NCBI GenBank assembly: GCA_050575255.1 | Contig: JBNZDD010013692.1 | Coordinates: forward strand, 3,473,379-3,537,378 | Source of the DNA: Harriotta raleighana | Lineage: Eukaryota | Direction: 5' to 3' | DNA: 64,000 nucleotides | In this document: in pieces, positions 37,411 through 51,175 of the stretch | Layout: the number at the start of each line of letters is the position of its first letter | How positions within the stretch are numbered: the stretch's first letter is position 1 | Program-made: the position numbers and the translations under genes | The notes under the pieces: generated by a model | Databases searched by the model: none | The model's input: the letters and a program-made list of their open reading frames with translations, nothing else | What the model was told of the DNA's origin: nothing

Positions 37411-40400
37411 AAGTGAATTCCATTCCTCAGCAGATTTCCCCTGCATATTCACCCACGCAAAACAGGCAATTCACCTTACAGTATATTCCGTGAAGGGCTT
37501 TGAAATGTCTTAAAGATGTGATGAGGCGCTATGTCAACTGCATTACTATGATTGCGGAGTTCAAATGCTAGTAGACTTTTACGGTAGATGATTTAGAAAA
37601 CAATGGGGATTATGTTGTCAAAAAGAATGGGAAACTCAGCACAGTTTATCACTGTTCTGTACGGCAGAATGGGTTAAGTGCAAGATACTGCAGGTAGTAG
37701 GGACAGAGTTGCTGAAGGTACCTGTCACCATGTGATGCAATGCCAGTGGATGTCTGGTCCATAACAAAGCTGCTTGTCGCAAACCACATGCCTCCACATT
37801 ACTTCCTGTCACAAGCCACATGTCTTCACATTTCACATTACTGAAATCACAAACTAACGAGTCAGAATGCCCGAGTCTCACCAAGGTTAGATTTGTACAC
37901 AAAAAAAAACTAATCATGCAATAATCCCCACAAAATCTGATCGCGACCTATAGATCTTCTTGACTTTGTAACAGCCTCAGGCATTTTTGCTCAACTCTGC
38001 CAAATCCTGTACTGATCACATTTGTGAATGGGATTTAATTGGAACACGATTCCTTAACTCCAGCACAGTGCTCAAACAACACTGAGGGTCTGGTACTCTC
38101 CACTTGATAAACAGATGGAATAGGAAGTCAGTCCGAATGCAGCTGAACAGACACCACAAGGCATTTCTACTGCTACAGGTGGCACCTACAAAAGGTTTTC
38201 TATATCAATCACTTCCCAGATTAGCTCTCCCATTGTGTCAGCGCTTGCATCCTTTTATTCCTGGTCTACCCTCTATGAATGTTCATCAGTGTGAATAATG
38301 AGTTCTCTGGCAGCTGGGATATCAAGCACCTTTCACTGAAAGATGCCTTGCCTTCCTCCAGGCAGTGGCAGCTCACGCCAGTCACAGGGTCACATTCCAC
38401 TGAGATCCTGACAAACAGGCCTTAACTCGTTCAAAGGATCAACGGGAGCCACACGTGGAATTCCTGCTCAAGTAGTCGCCAGATTGTAAAAACCCCAGCA
38501 AATATCCATCATTGAGAAGACTACACAACAACTCGTGAGCTTTAAGATGCTATTGTGCAATGAGCTTCTGAATGTCCATTGAGAACTTGAAAGAGCAATG
38601 AGCCAACAACAACAAATTACATCTAAATTTGTTTATTTTTTCAAGTCTNTGTCCATTGAGAACTTGAAAGAGCAATGAGCCAACAACAACAAATTACATC
38701 TAAATTTGTTTATTTTTTCAATCCCGAATATGATCGATATAGGATAACTTTCACGTTACTGGATAGTCAAGAGATTTGGACCCGAAAAGAGACCAGAAGT
38801 AATACTATTCTAATAATATTGCTGAGTAATACTGTGTATTACAGAAAGCTTGCTGACCCACTGCTCTTATTTACTATATGACTGATTTGGGGAGAGAGGA
38901 GGATTGGGAAAAGGGTGAAACATAGCCAAAAGCAGACCACGTGCGATCTTCACCAAATCTAGCAAAACCTAAAATGGTAATGAAACTAAATGCTCTTTCT
39001 GCCTAATTAGGAAGAAAACAAAAATAGCTCATGCTTTTATCTTGTACCTCTGCAGTTTTTAAATAGACACATATTGTGCTTTCTACCCCAGCAGGTGCTT
39101 ATAGTTCCCCGTGGCCCTCGGACTTTGCATGGTGCTGCGCCGAGATTCAGAAGCCGTCTGCAACTACTTTTGGAGGGATCTGCTCTGCCCAAATAATCAA
39201 ACCCCTTCATCATGGCCTGCCCTCTGCAGACTCACCTCAACACAGAACATCTGTATATCCTCCATTCCCTGACAGTCTTGCATTATTCTAAGGCATTTTG
39301 CAGAGATAATTATGGCTTTCAGGTTCCCATGAGCCAAAGGTAATTTGGCCTTCACTGTATTCTCTACAATGCACTATGCAGATGGAGGTCATTTCCTTTA
39401 TTTCTTCCACTTTTGTTCGGCGGCTGCCAGACAAAATACATACCTCACCGCCATCACTTGATATTCATATCGCACAGGTCCCAGTGGTAGCTCCACATCA
39501 CACAGTACTAAGCAATCAATTATTTCTGCTGTAAAAGCAGTTTGTATCAATGAGCAAAGGTTTGGTACAACACAGAGCAGATAGTGAGATGGAAAATACA
39601 GGCGTGATTAGAAATTGAAGCACCACTCCATGGGCTATTAAAACTTCATTTGGTCACTGTTGCCACCATCAAGTTAGGCAAAGCTACAGAGCAAAGCCTT
39701 CCACCACTGATTGTCAATTGAGCTCCAAGAGTCTGTGCAAGGGAAGCACAGAGTGGCAATGACCCTACATAGAAGCAAGAGAAAAATCGAAGGGCAAGAA
39801 GGAAAAGAAGAAGGCGAGGAGGACGTCAGTCTTCCCACATGTTTTGTTTTTGGAATAAATCTTTTTTTTGTTTTAATCGCTTCACCTTTGCCTTGGCTGA
39901 TAAGATCATATTTTAATTGTATTGCATCAACTAGGATCCAGGACGAAAAGTCTGCTGTCCTCTCTATAGTAAGGGTTGCTGGTGCCTGCTGCAACAACAG
40001 AACCCTCGTAAACATTCAAATATGCCGGTCTTCCCTCAATCCCTTCCGCTGGATCATTCAAGGAGTGCTTGCTTCAAAGGTTTGATATTAAATTAGTTAA
40101 TGCTTGCGATCCATTGCCTGACACCTCCCACCTTATTAAAAGGCATCACTTTGGATTTTATATAAGATGGATTTTATATAAGAGTCAAGTGGAGGTATGA
40201 GAGACAGAATAAGAGCACCTATGGTGTATGGAAAGCATGGCTGATGTGGTTTCTGAGTGGTCTGCACCACAGAAGGAAGCTTTGGAGGACTAACCCAGCT
40301 AATTGTCTCCCTAGATTGTGACTGTACTGATTAGGAAAATAATCAGCTCCTAACAGCCTGCATGCAGCGAAGCCAACTGCTCCTTGATGATGCGCAGCGG

Positions 40401-43400
40401 AAATTGGCCACAAATACCTGATCGCATCATCGCCCCCATAGACAGCAAAGGGAAAGAGAAAATGAAGGAAACTTTCCTGTCTCCCGAGATCTGCTAAGCT
40501 GGCCGCACTTTCTGAGTATAAATAGAATGAGTTGCTTTGGCACGTGAGGAAGTGATCATGCTATGCACTGGGGACAGAGAGAAAGAGGGAGAGATTAAGA
40601 GAGAGAGGTGTGCAGGAAATCCCACTTCCTGGAGTAACATTGAACATCATTATTACATTGCTATAAATTTCACAGAAATGCAGTTGGTAGGTGTGGATCA
40701 GTCTAAAACTAATTAGATTGTGTTAAATGCCTCAGTTCATTTCCCAACTGTGTGCTGGGACCAATAACTGTCCTTTTAACTGCTACTGCCAGTATTTGAC
40801 TAAGCATGTGCATTAACCCCTCCGTCAGGGCTAAGCGTGCCAGTGTGCCAGCACCCTTACGTAGCAAGTCAATTTCTAGCACAGCGACACATTGTTGTAA
40901 CACCCACTTATTTCCAGCACCAACTGTTTCAGCAATCTGGAGAGCCAGCACAAAACTCTACTGAATTCCAGACCCACAATTTTTATCTAGATTATTAGGG
41001 TCACTCATCCCATTTAATACAAAGCTGATTCTGGCCGTTGTCTGTGGGTAAACATCTGGGTATCGGAATTATTGGAGAACTCTGTGATGTTTTAGTCTGA
41101 CCGTATCCCAATAAGGCAAGTACTCAGTTGTATTGACATGTTTATATCCTCCACATCCCTACTGCTGAGGCTGACTTTAATTCAAAATAATGATCTCAGA
41201 AAGCCACATGCCTTCATCCCCTCTATTCTTCACAATGAACTGGGTAATTCACACTAGTGTGAATTTTAATAGATAATGGCAGATCTTTTAATCCTATTTC
41301 CCTATCCTTTTTCCATTCCTCTTAATACCCTTACTGCTCTCAGATGACATATGAATGTATGTGTGTGTCTCTATGAATTATGTGTGTTTATCCGTCTGTC
41401 TGTCTATTCTCTCTTCTTCTGAAGGGGGAAATGGATTCCACATTCTCACAATCCTTTGTATGAAGAAATATCTTCAGCTCTCACTTCTACCACCCTATCT
41501 CTAAATTGTAAGGTTAAAGTCCCCTCAATTGGGAGAAAAGCTTTAAACTGAGAAGGAAACGAAAGGACATTTTCATGTTCTCAGCATTGCAGCAATTGTT
41601 CCGACGTAGCGTGTGTTAACCGTACTAGGCCAGAATAATTTATGCAAATACAGTGTGTGTTTGAGCTAGCTTGCCTGGACTCCAATACATATCCTACTAC
41701 GTTCCGCCTGCCGCAACAACAGAACCCTCAGAAACATTCAAATATCCTACTACGTGTGAGAGCAAGTCTTCGAAAGGGCTGTCAGTCCACAAACAATGTT
41801 ATTGATCTAGCCAAGAATAACCAAGATGTTCCGAAAGGGTTATTCTACTTACTGCCATATGGAAAATGATATTCTATTGTGATGAAAGCACAGCATTAAA
41901 GTGGCTACATTACACTTTATTAGAGTCTGCATAAGCTGTACTGTTTCCCTGGAAAAATACAATTTGCACTTTGTCTATAAAACACCGCAATCTTCTTTTC
42001 ACGATCAGCCTCACTATTCTTAATAAATGAAAAAAAAAGGCTGTGGCACTGAAATCGTACTGAATTTATTGGCTGCTATTTTTCATCAGTGAAATTCCTC
42101 TCAGTTGCATTAAAAATTAGATTAAAGTGACTGGAGCACTGTTAACAGGATTATGTCCTTTTAAAAAAACACATATGATTTGCAAAGCAGCCCATGCAGA
42201 CTGATAGAGGCAATAACAGACCTCTTGAATTAATCACAGATGAACTGAGCTTTATGATAGTTTTTCTTTTGTTCAAATCAGCACCTCCAAAACAGTGCTC
42301 ATTAAGTGCATTAGCAGAGTTCTGTGCTACATGACAAAGGACTGACAGGGTAAAGTGCTTCAGGCCTCAGGATGCTGACCTGGAAACTGTGAAAGAATAA
42401 AAGACTCCACATCTGTGGCTGCCTTATCAGTGTTCTGTGATTCCCGAAGAATCCATCTCTTGCTCAATTTCTCATTAATTATCTCATGGCTTGCTGACGA
42501 AGTCCAAGGAACTTTGTAAAGCCAATGGACTGGTAATGAACTGCGCGATTGCTCTAGTACGTGAAGGGAGGAAGCATCGTCAGCACAAAGTCCTGTGCAG
42601 AGCAGCTTGTCCTATCTTCAAGCACTGTAGCTTATCCCCCTCATTACAGAATGCTTCCCTTGTAAGTGACTAGAACACAACTGTGCCCTCCAGATGCAGC
42701 CATTAACCTATCACTTTAGACAAGTATGGGCCCTGAGAAGGCCAGCCGGAGAAATCACTCTGTTCAGTGAATAGGATTACATTCAGTGAGTGATTACATT
42801 CAGGCTTGTGCCCTCTGCTGCCAATCAGCCGATGCTAGGGCCATTCTTTCCTCTGATTTAACTCTGTGCCTGTTAAATTGTAAAGGGATTGATTTGTGTA
42901 AAACTAGAGTGTATCAGCTTTTGACTTGGCAGATGCGTCGCACATATAGATGAGAGAGTGTGAACGAGAGAGAGCAGAGAGATCAGGGGAGGGAGAATCA
43001 AAGAGGACCCAAGTGCTACAAAACAAGGCATTCTGGGCCCAGCCGTTCTGCTCCATGTCACCCATTATTGCCTTCTGAGTATTTCCGTTCAGGGGGGAGC
43101 ACAAACTATCAAAGAGCGCAAAGTGGAAACAGCTAAAATTGGTTTGAGTTACATGGAAGGGACACAGTGTGATAATGAGCATCTGCTTCAGTCCACAGCC
43201 CAGTGATACCATTCAAGTGACAGATTCCCTCATTTGAATTTTTTTTAAATGATTTCCCAATACTGTACAAACAACCCTACATTCAAAGTGTCATTGGTTG
43301 AGCCGAAATGAATATCAATTGGAATTGCATCCTTCAAGCATCCTCTTGGAGGAAGTATCTCAAACAGCCTTTGCCTGATTAACTGTCCTATGTATTTCAG

Positions 43401-44559
43401 ATGACAAAAATCAATCATATACAATAAGTGCTTTAAGTGAGAGGACGAGGAAAAGCAGAGGTCTTGTTATTTCATTCAGGGGTCTGCAGAGCAACAAAGA
43501 GTCAATCACTGCTCAGTTACTCCCACAAACCCTCACAAAAGCTTTCCACGTACTCTGGCAAAAAGACCTTTTAATGCTTGAAATGACACTCTGCTGCAGG
43601 CGCCTCATTAACTAATCTCCGACTCACCCTGTACTTGACAGCTCACATTCTTAAGTGACTAATTCCTGCTTTTTAAGTCATTACCTTTTTTTATTAACAA
43701 TAAGCTCTGCGGATTCCTTGTGTAGTTTTGGAAAGATTTCAGAAATTAACACAAATATTGATGTGACACAACCACCCTTTCAACCTACATGTTTTAGAAT
43801 TTTGATCTTTGCATATTCATAGGGAAAAATTTGCTGTCTGGGCCGCTTACTGCAAATTTCTCTCTATTTCTCACAGATCATTGGAGAAGGTTAGATCTCT
43901 GAAGTACAGGCAGTGGAGAGACTGCACATTGAACCATTGGAAATAAAAGCTCCGTTCAGTCACATCCAGCAGCACCTCAAACCTCACAAATTGCTATTCA
44001 TATGTAAACAAGTTTTCTGTTAAGACAAGCGTTCACTGCTTCTAATCAGCATGCAGACACACGTTTATAGTTGTCCCCCTCCCCTCACTTATCCTCCAGG
44101 CAAATGATCTTTTCAACCCGTGGCCAAGAATTCAATCAAGGCCTATGAAAGATAGCGTAGGAATTATTTTTATATTAGCAGCACTGCAATGCTGTTTTTG
44201 GTCTTGCACATTCCTATGTTCCTATGTAACACTCAAATACAGAGAAACGATAAAGCTTCTTATCATTTCAAGTGAAGACATGATATTCCTAAGAATTCCT
44301 GAACTGCAGATCACTCCTTTAAAAAATCTGGTTAAGTTTAAAGTCAGTTTTGGAGACAAGCCACTCATAACTTCTGCATTCAGGCTTTTGATACAAAACA
44401 TATGTTATATAACCATTTCTGATGCCCTTAACCTATGGCATTCAAGTGAATAGCACTCTTCATGCCACCTTACAGCTGTTTCCCATTCCAGCTTAACTCG
44501 ATGATGTAAGTTTCTGATCACAAAAATAATCAATATAATTCTTAAATCTGGCATACTGT

Positions 44560-44940
44560 TTTTTATATTGGGAGGATGTTTCAAAGTGCTTCACAGGATA
44601 CACTGTAAAGTATATATTTTGTATAGCTTACAGGTAGTTAATTTGTGCACCACAATGTCCCACAAATAACCAGGAAGCAGATTACCAATGTTATTTGGGA
44701 CCAGCACACAAGAAAAACTCTTTTCAAATAGCGCTGTGGGTTCTAACTTCCACCTGAACAGAAAGATAGGATCTCGGTTTAATGTCTTATCAAAAGTTGG
44801 CACCTCCAACAATGCAGTACACCTCAACATTTCATTGGGAGTTTTAGCTTTGAGTAAATGAGCTCTGAAGTCCTAACATGAGGTTTGATCCCACAACCTT
44901 TTGATGCAGAGGTAAGAGGGCTAACACTTGAACCCGGCTG
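44560..44940 (-). mobile_element. Deu-domain SINE (SacSINE1/AmnSINE1-like), old full-length copy
   Basis: Minus strand has a tRNA-like head, then TGCATTGTTGGAGGTGCCAACTTTTGATAAGACATTAAACCGAGATCC..TTCAGGTGGA, resembling the Deu core as I recall it. Confidence 0.8.
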
Positions 44941-45074
44941 ACACACATGTCATATTTAGGGCTTCATGTACATCATGAGATCACAATACAAGCTGGCAAT
45001 GCTTCCCTTGGCTCGGAAGAGACAATTGCTAGGCAGGTGTGGAGTAATAAAAAGTGGCTGCGTATGGTTGGATA

Positions 45075-45438
45075 ATTTCCCTATGAACTTGCCCGACCCT
45101 TCAGTTCAGCGGGTTCTGGTCTGTTCCGTGTCCCCCACCCGAACCGCCCTATCATCGGTGGATGGGCTTTCAGCCTCTCTGCCCCCACACGTTGGAACCC
45201 CATCCCAGGGTCCCTTCGCCTCGCTTCCTCCCTTGCCTCCTTCAAGGTTGGTCTCAAGACCCTCCTCTTCGATCGCTCTTTCTGCTGCCTTTCCAACTCT
45301 CTCCCACCACTCTTAACTCTCTCCCTTCTCTCCCACTAACTTTCCCCTCCCGCTTGCTCGGGTACTGAGCTCACTGTTCAGCGCCTTGGGACATCCTCTC
45401 AACGTGAAAGGCGCTCTAGAAATGTGATTTTGTTGTGG
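45075..45438 (+). mobile_element. L2-clade LINE 3' fragment (same family as 7890-8255)
   Basis: Shares ATCGGTGGATGGGCTTTCAGCCTCTCTGCCCCCACAC and the tail GTGAAAGGCGCTCTAGAAATG with the 7.9 kb copy. Confidence 0.85.
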
Positions 45439-48400
45439 TAATGTTCTGGCTCAGCAAATCACTTCATAGCTGAAGACATAGTTCTACCTTATATGCTAAA
45501 ACCCCAACAGGTAGTACATGTTCTAACAGGTGAAACTTGCTAGTGCTTTGTATGAGTTACTACAGTACTAATGTTATGTGTAATATGTTGTTTTGTTTTA
45601 CAGAATCTCATCTCAATCAAGAGTCAAATAATTTATATTGCAGCAATTAAGATATGAAAGAATTTTTCAGCATATGACGGATAGCTACATCTGGTCATTG
45701 ATAAATCTGCACTTGTGAACTATAGCGCTAATGGTTTTGTAAGCTGCAGAACAATTCTAGATAGAAGTACTTGTACAATAAAAATTCATGACCTCTTAGA
45801 AACTATTCTGGATAGATCCATCAATTTATTTACAGCTGGTCCCAAATCATTTTGAATTCTTGCACTTTATAAACAGGCAAAAGTCTTTTTGTTTCTCGTA
45901 GTATAGAAAAGGCAAACGTGTGTCATTGAATGTGGGGACACATTTGACATTAATGGCATGCAATTATTCTGATATTTTCCTTCAGAGACAGTTAGAATCA
46001 GACATCCCCAGTACATTATAGGAACGATGGGACGAATGGCCTCTTTTTGTGCTGTACATTTCCACGGCTCCTCGTGGCCTAGTGTGTAAATGCACAGCAT
46101 GGTGTGGAAGTCATGAAGGCAATCCAGAAGGTTCCTTCTTCAATCCTTGACCTTTGATGAATTAGCTGATCTCAGCCTTTAAAAACAATTACCACACAAC
46201 AATGTGCACTTATGTAGTGCACATTCCATATAATCTTCATCCTAGGCTCTCACATCAAAACTTCACAAAGATGGGGGGGGATCCCATGTCTTGACACTTA
46301 ACAGGAATGACCTGTGAAGTGCCAGTAACTATCTTTGAGGTACTTTGACTTGACAAAGCACTGCAAAAATTAAATTTAGTTGTTTTTATCTAACTACAAT
46401 ATATACAATAATTGCTATTTTTGATATAGTGCCTTATCATATCTTCGAGACATCACAAAGCGCTTCCCAGAATATAATGTATTGTGAATTGACCATATTA
46501 TGGGAGCAAAATACTTAACTGCTAGCTGTTAAGTAATCTCTTTGAGCTTCCACAGCGATGGGGAATGGTCCACTTGCATGAACTGAAAATTGCAACTTAG
46601 AAACAACTGACCACATGCTGTTCAGTTCACCCAAACCTATCGGAAAATCATTGAGGCAAAATAACCCACTTTTCCAGAGGGAACACGGAAACATTTAGAA
46701 AGCAGAGCTGCTTGATTCATTCATATTCCCGGATTTCAAATGTGAAACCCCCCTTAGAGGGGTTAGGTGTTCAGAATCCATGTCCTCAGTTGGTATTAGA
46801 TATTTCTTTTAGAAACTCTTTCACTGGAAAGAAAACAAATGATAATGGGGGAATTTGTTGCTTAAAAAAACTGTTGCTGCAGACAACTTCTGCACTCTGC
46901 TATACCATGGACTTTGTTCCAGTTTCCTGGCCAACAGTCGTCCAGATAGATTGCTCATTCACTTCATGGCTGTTTGCGGGACCTTGCTGTGAACCAAATG
47001 ACTGCTATGTTTGCCTACAAATATACAAACACTTGACAGCAATTACCCGTGAAGTGTTTTGAGATATTTTGTTATGGGCACCACATCAAATGCATGCACG
47101 GATTAGAGTTGTTATTACAACTTGTCATATCTACTAACAATACCGCAAAAATGTACGAATGAAGAAGGTCCTTTAATCCATTTGATCTCAACCTTCCAGA
47201 ATATCCACGCTATCTTGCTTATAGCCGTCTCACTAATCAAAAACCGATATCAAGCCCCCTCTTCACAAACCAATCTCTATAGGATTTCTAAAGTTATTTT
47301 TATAACAAAAGGCGATCGCTGTATTTCTAAATAGCTCCCCAGTAAGAAAGGCTCCCATCAGCTGTCACAGTCTGCTTTAACCTTGCTTGACAATTGACAT
47401 TTTCTCTATTGTCACTTTTCTTTTTGGACAGGAGATTTTGCATCAGAACGCTGGCAAAATGTCACAAACTGCAACACTCAGCAGCAATGACAGCTTGTAA
47501 ACTAGAGAGTAGAATTCTGGAGCCGGACTGGCTTCTTCCCAAAGACCTTTCAAGAGTGAGTCACCTCGCAGGCTGGTTTACACTGCTGCTCCGCGATTCC
47601 CAGCCTTTCATACTTCTTGCACACAATGCACAATCCACACAGTAAATCTGGCAGACATCGCATGAAATTAGATGAAATTATTCCCAACAGTTGAACCAAA
47701 TTCATTTTTTCTGCCCAACTCATGTAATATACACCTAGCATCTTTCTTCCTTGATGTGGTCAGCGGTGACTGATAAAGACAAATTCCCCTGGTAGATCAA
47801 TCAAATGAGTATCACACATCTTCTCCATGGAGCTACCCACAGAGAAGATCATCCCACTCTCTCAGCCAAGAAACAGTGTGAACCTGGGGGACACTTCCAA
47901 TTTTTCCATAACACTTTTTTTTCCCACTTATCCTCTCCTCAGAAGCCACAATGCGGATAGCAGAGGTATAATTTGCCTGTGGTTTGTAAACAGATATGAT
48001 GTACATGGATAGACCCAACTGAATGGCAGCACATCGCAATAAGAAGACTGTTCATAAGAAGTCTACACTTTAGCGGATCTTATGAACATGTTCAAAACGT
48101 TGGGGGAATCTGACCATTAGATACATTTTATTATTTTATGCTCTATACCACCCAAAAGGAAATGTGCAACCAACCAAAGAAATTGAATCAGAGTAGACAA
48201 AAATCCTTCTTTTTTCAGTCTTATTATATGCTGTAACAGTAGAGGGGTGGATGATGTACGTGATAGTTCCTACCACAGTTAGTGGGTGATGGAAAGGTTA
48301 TTACAGATTTCTGTAACTTGTTATTAACAGTTTAGTATTTCATTTCAGTTTAGTAAGAAATGAGGATGAGCTCAATGGAATTAAGATTCAACATCAAGAA

Positions 48401-49994
48401 ATACAAACCTTCAAAACTGTCCAACCTGAAATAAAACACCTGCATCCAAAGTAAATCTTGGAAAATGAATAGCATACCAAAGAGGAACTCAGCTCAATGA
48501 GTCTTTAATGAAATAACAAATCTCCAGCGATCATATGTCTGTGTTCTATTTATTATTCCATTCTAAACCTGAAGAGTTTAAAATCATCTACCGCAATATT
48601 TACCCAAGGGTTTGTTTCTATTGATTTTTCAACCTCACACCTCTTGTGCAGAAATGTATGCAAATAGAAACCGAAACTACAAGCCATTTCCAAATTGAGT
48701 GTATACTGTTCAGTTTCTGCCACTGTATTTTACATACATTACCTTGCATACCCAGAGTCCTGGCTGCATCCCCTTGTCAACTGCAAGCTCGTTGAACTGA
48801 GAAAGCCAGCTTACTATTATTCTAAGAACTTGCTAGGGATAGACATTTCAACTTGGACTTAATTTAGATAGAAGCTTTGTCCTGCCTGACGGACAAGACA
48901 TTTAATGAAGTGGAAATCACATCATTTCAGCCCTTTCTGCATTTCGCTTTGAATGAGGATGTATGTAGCTGTTAACTGCCCACACAATGTTCAAATATTT
49001 GCTCATGTCGGTAACCCATGGAGACGCTATGTCTGGCTCCTTTGCAATTGCTGTCCACCTCGTCTGATGAGACACGGCTAAAACCATTCAGCATTAATTG
49101 TAGCTGCGGGTAGGGGATTGGGTGCTGGCTGCTTACAGGACAACTGAGGGCTTCATCTCAGTGTGAAACAACAAAATAATTGCTAAGTGAGGGTTACATC
49201 ACTTTACACCACTACGATCCTGAAGAGCTTGCTCAAGGCAATATCTTCCCTCCCCCCTTTGTTAATGCTTCTTCAATAGGATACACAGAATACCTAAGTG
49301 AGAAGGTTGCTGCCCTTTTCCTACATCGACATCAGCATATCATTAGGAACACATGGGAATCTTACTGGTCTGAATCAATAATTATAATACAATATGGTTA
49401 GCCTCTAAAAGAAGCAGATGAGTTGAAAGGGCAAGAAGCTCATTTCTATCAACAGTTACCATCCAAAAGATTGCTGAGTCCTGTGCCTTGTACTATGTCT
49501 ATTAAAGCCTGTCACTCTGCATAAGGAACATGAGGATTTCAGGGTCATTAGCACAGACAGAAACCTTCACAGTCATTAGCGGAGAAACCTGGGAGTCTGG
49601 TAGCACAAGAAATATGTCAAGGGAATGAGACAGTAACTATAGAGATACAACAACTTGCTAGCCACTGTTGTGTCAGATCGACTGTCAGATCCAAATTAAT
49701 AAGGAACACCAAGAATCTAGAATGCTGCCAAGGATTAGGTGGAAGTTCAAATATCAATCATCTTGAAAAACACTCTTGATATGTTTTTTGTGGCCCTTTA
49801 TAGCTACAGAAAGTATATTATAATTGACTGGTATTCGAAGGAAAATTAAGCAAGAATTACTTTGCCAATATGAATGCAATTGTCAGGAATATTTCAGTGA
49901 GGTGAATTCAACAATTTTGGGGGGGTCAGCCGGGTGTCTTAACACAGAAACCTATCACCATCCAAACTAATCTGAGAATCTCATGCATTTCACC

Positions 49995-50390
49995 TACAAC
50001 AACAGAATAATTACATTTGTAGAGCACCTTTCACTTCGGGAGGAAGTCCCAAGGCATTGAACAGTCAGTGGTCGGGACCCGAGCGGGAGGGGGAAGGGGT
50101 GCAGGGTTGGGATGAGTAAGAGCAGAGAGGTACAACAACAATAACAAAATTACATTTATAGAGAATCTTTCACCGCGGAAAGACGTCTCAAGGCGCTGGA
50201 CAGTCAATATTTCAGACCCGAGCTGGAGTTGGGATCGGGGAGGGTGAGATTTGGGGTGACCGATGGGACCATCGAAGAGGAAGCTATTGAGGGGGCGGGA
50301 CTTGCCGGGGGCTAGGGAAGGGCGAGGCAGATGGTCCGTGGGATGGAATTCCAGAGGTTAGGTGCAGAGTAGCTGAAGGCTCGCCCGCCG
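49995..50390 (-). mobile_element. Two adjacent L2 3' fragments
   Basis: Reverse-complement tails (ACAACAAC..AATTACATTT..AGAG..CTTTCAC) at about 49995 and 50135, each followed by purine-rich L2 3'UTR sequence. Confidence 0.75.
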
Positions 50391-50789
50391 ACTTTATCTT
50401 TTTGCTACTTCTGGCTCCAGCCTGCTGCATGTCCCCAGACTCACCTGCCCCACCATTGGTGGAATTTTGTTGTTGTTCCAAATTTTTGGAAATCACAAGG
50501 GGCACATAGATCTTTACAGCTGACCTGCTATAGCTCTCTGATACAAATCTCAAATCCAAGCAAGGCGTGTACCATCCTTTTACTCTACAATACAACATCT
50601 ACACTATAAACTTGTTAAGATTTTCATAGTCCAGTACTTCAGAAAGATCAATTTTTCCTGTTACTCCAACATTTAAATGTTGATGTTGTTTGGTTCTGGT
50701 TTGGAGATGAATTAGATCAGAGAGGTATTTTGAAAGGCTGATTTCTCCAGCCAGAAGAAATTCATCAGAGTACTTGGATGTCTCTGATT

Positions 50790-51175
50790 GTGTAATATAA
50801 TATCGTGAGGGGTTGAGAAACCTCACACTCCTCGTGGTCATTAGAAGGGTTGCCATCCCATAAAGAAAATTTTATCCTTGGAATGAGATGTTAGACTGAT
50901 GCCCTATTGCCTGTTCAGGTGGACATTAAAGTTGCCACGATACAGTACAATTCGAAAAGTAAAGTGAGTTTCACCTAGTGTCCTGGCCAACAATCACCCG
51001 AAATAATAAAATTGATCCAATCCCTTCATGGCTGACATTGCTGTGAGCAAATCAACTGCTTAGTTCACCCATTGCATACACAGTCACTCTACAATTTTGA
51101 GTGTATTCTGTGATGCACTTTAAGGTTTGCTCCCAGTGTGAAAAACATTGGGATCAAACGTAAAGATATTATCAT
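50790..51175 (+). mobile_element. Deu-domain SINE, degenerate
   Basis: GAATGAGATGTTAGAC..GCCTGTTCAGGTGGACATTAAAG..GTGTCCTGGCCAACA core plus tail. Confidence 0.75.
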
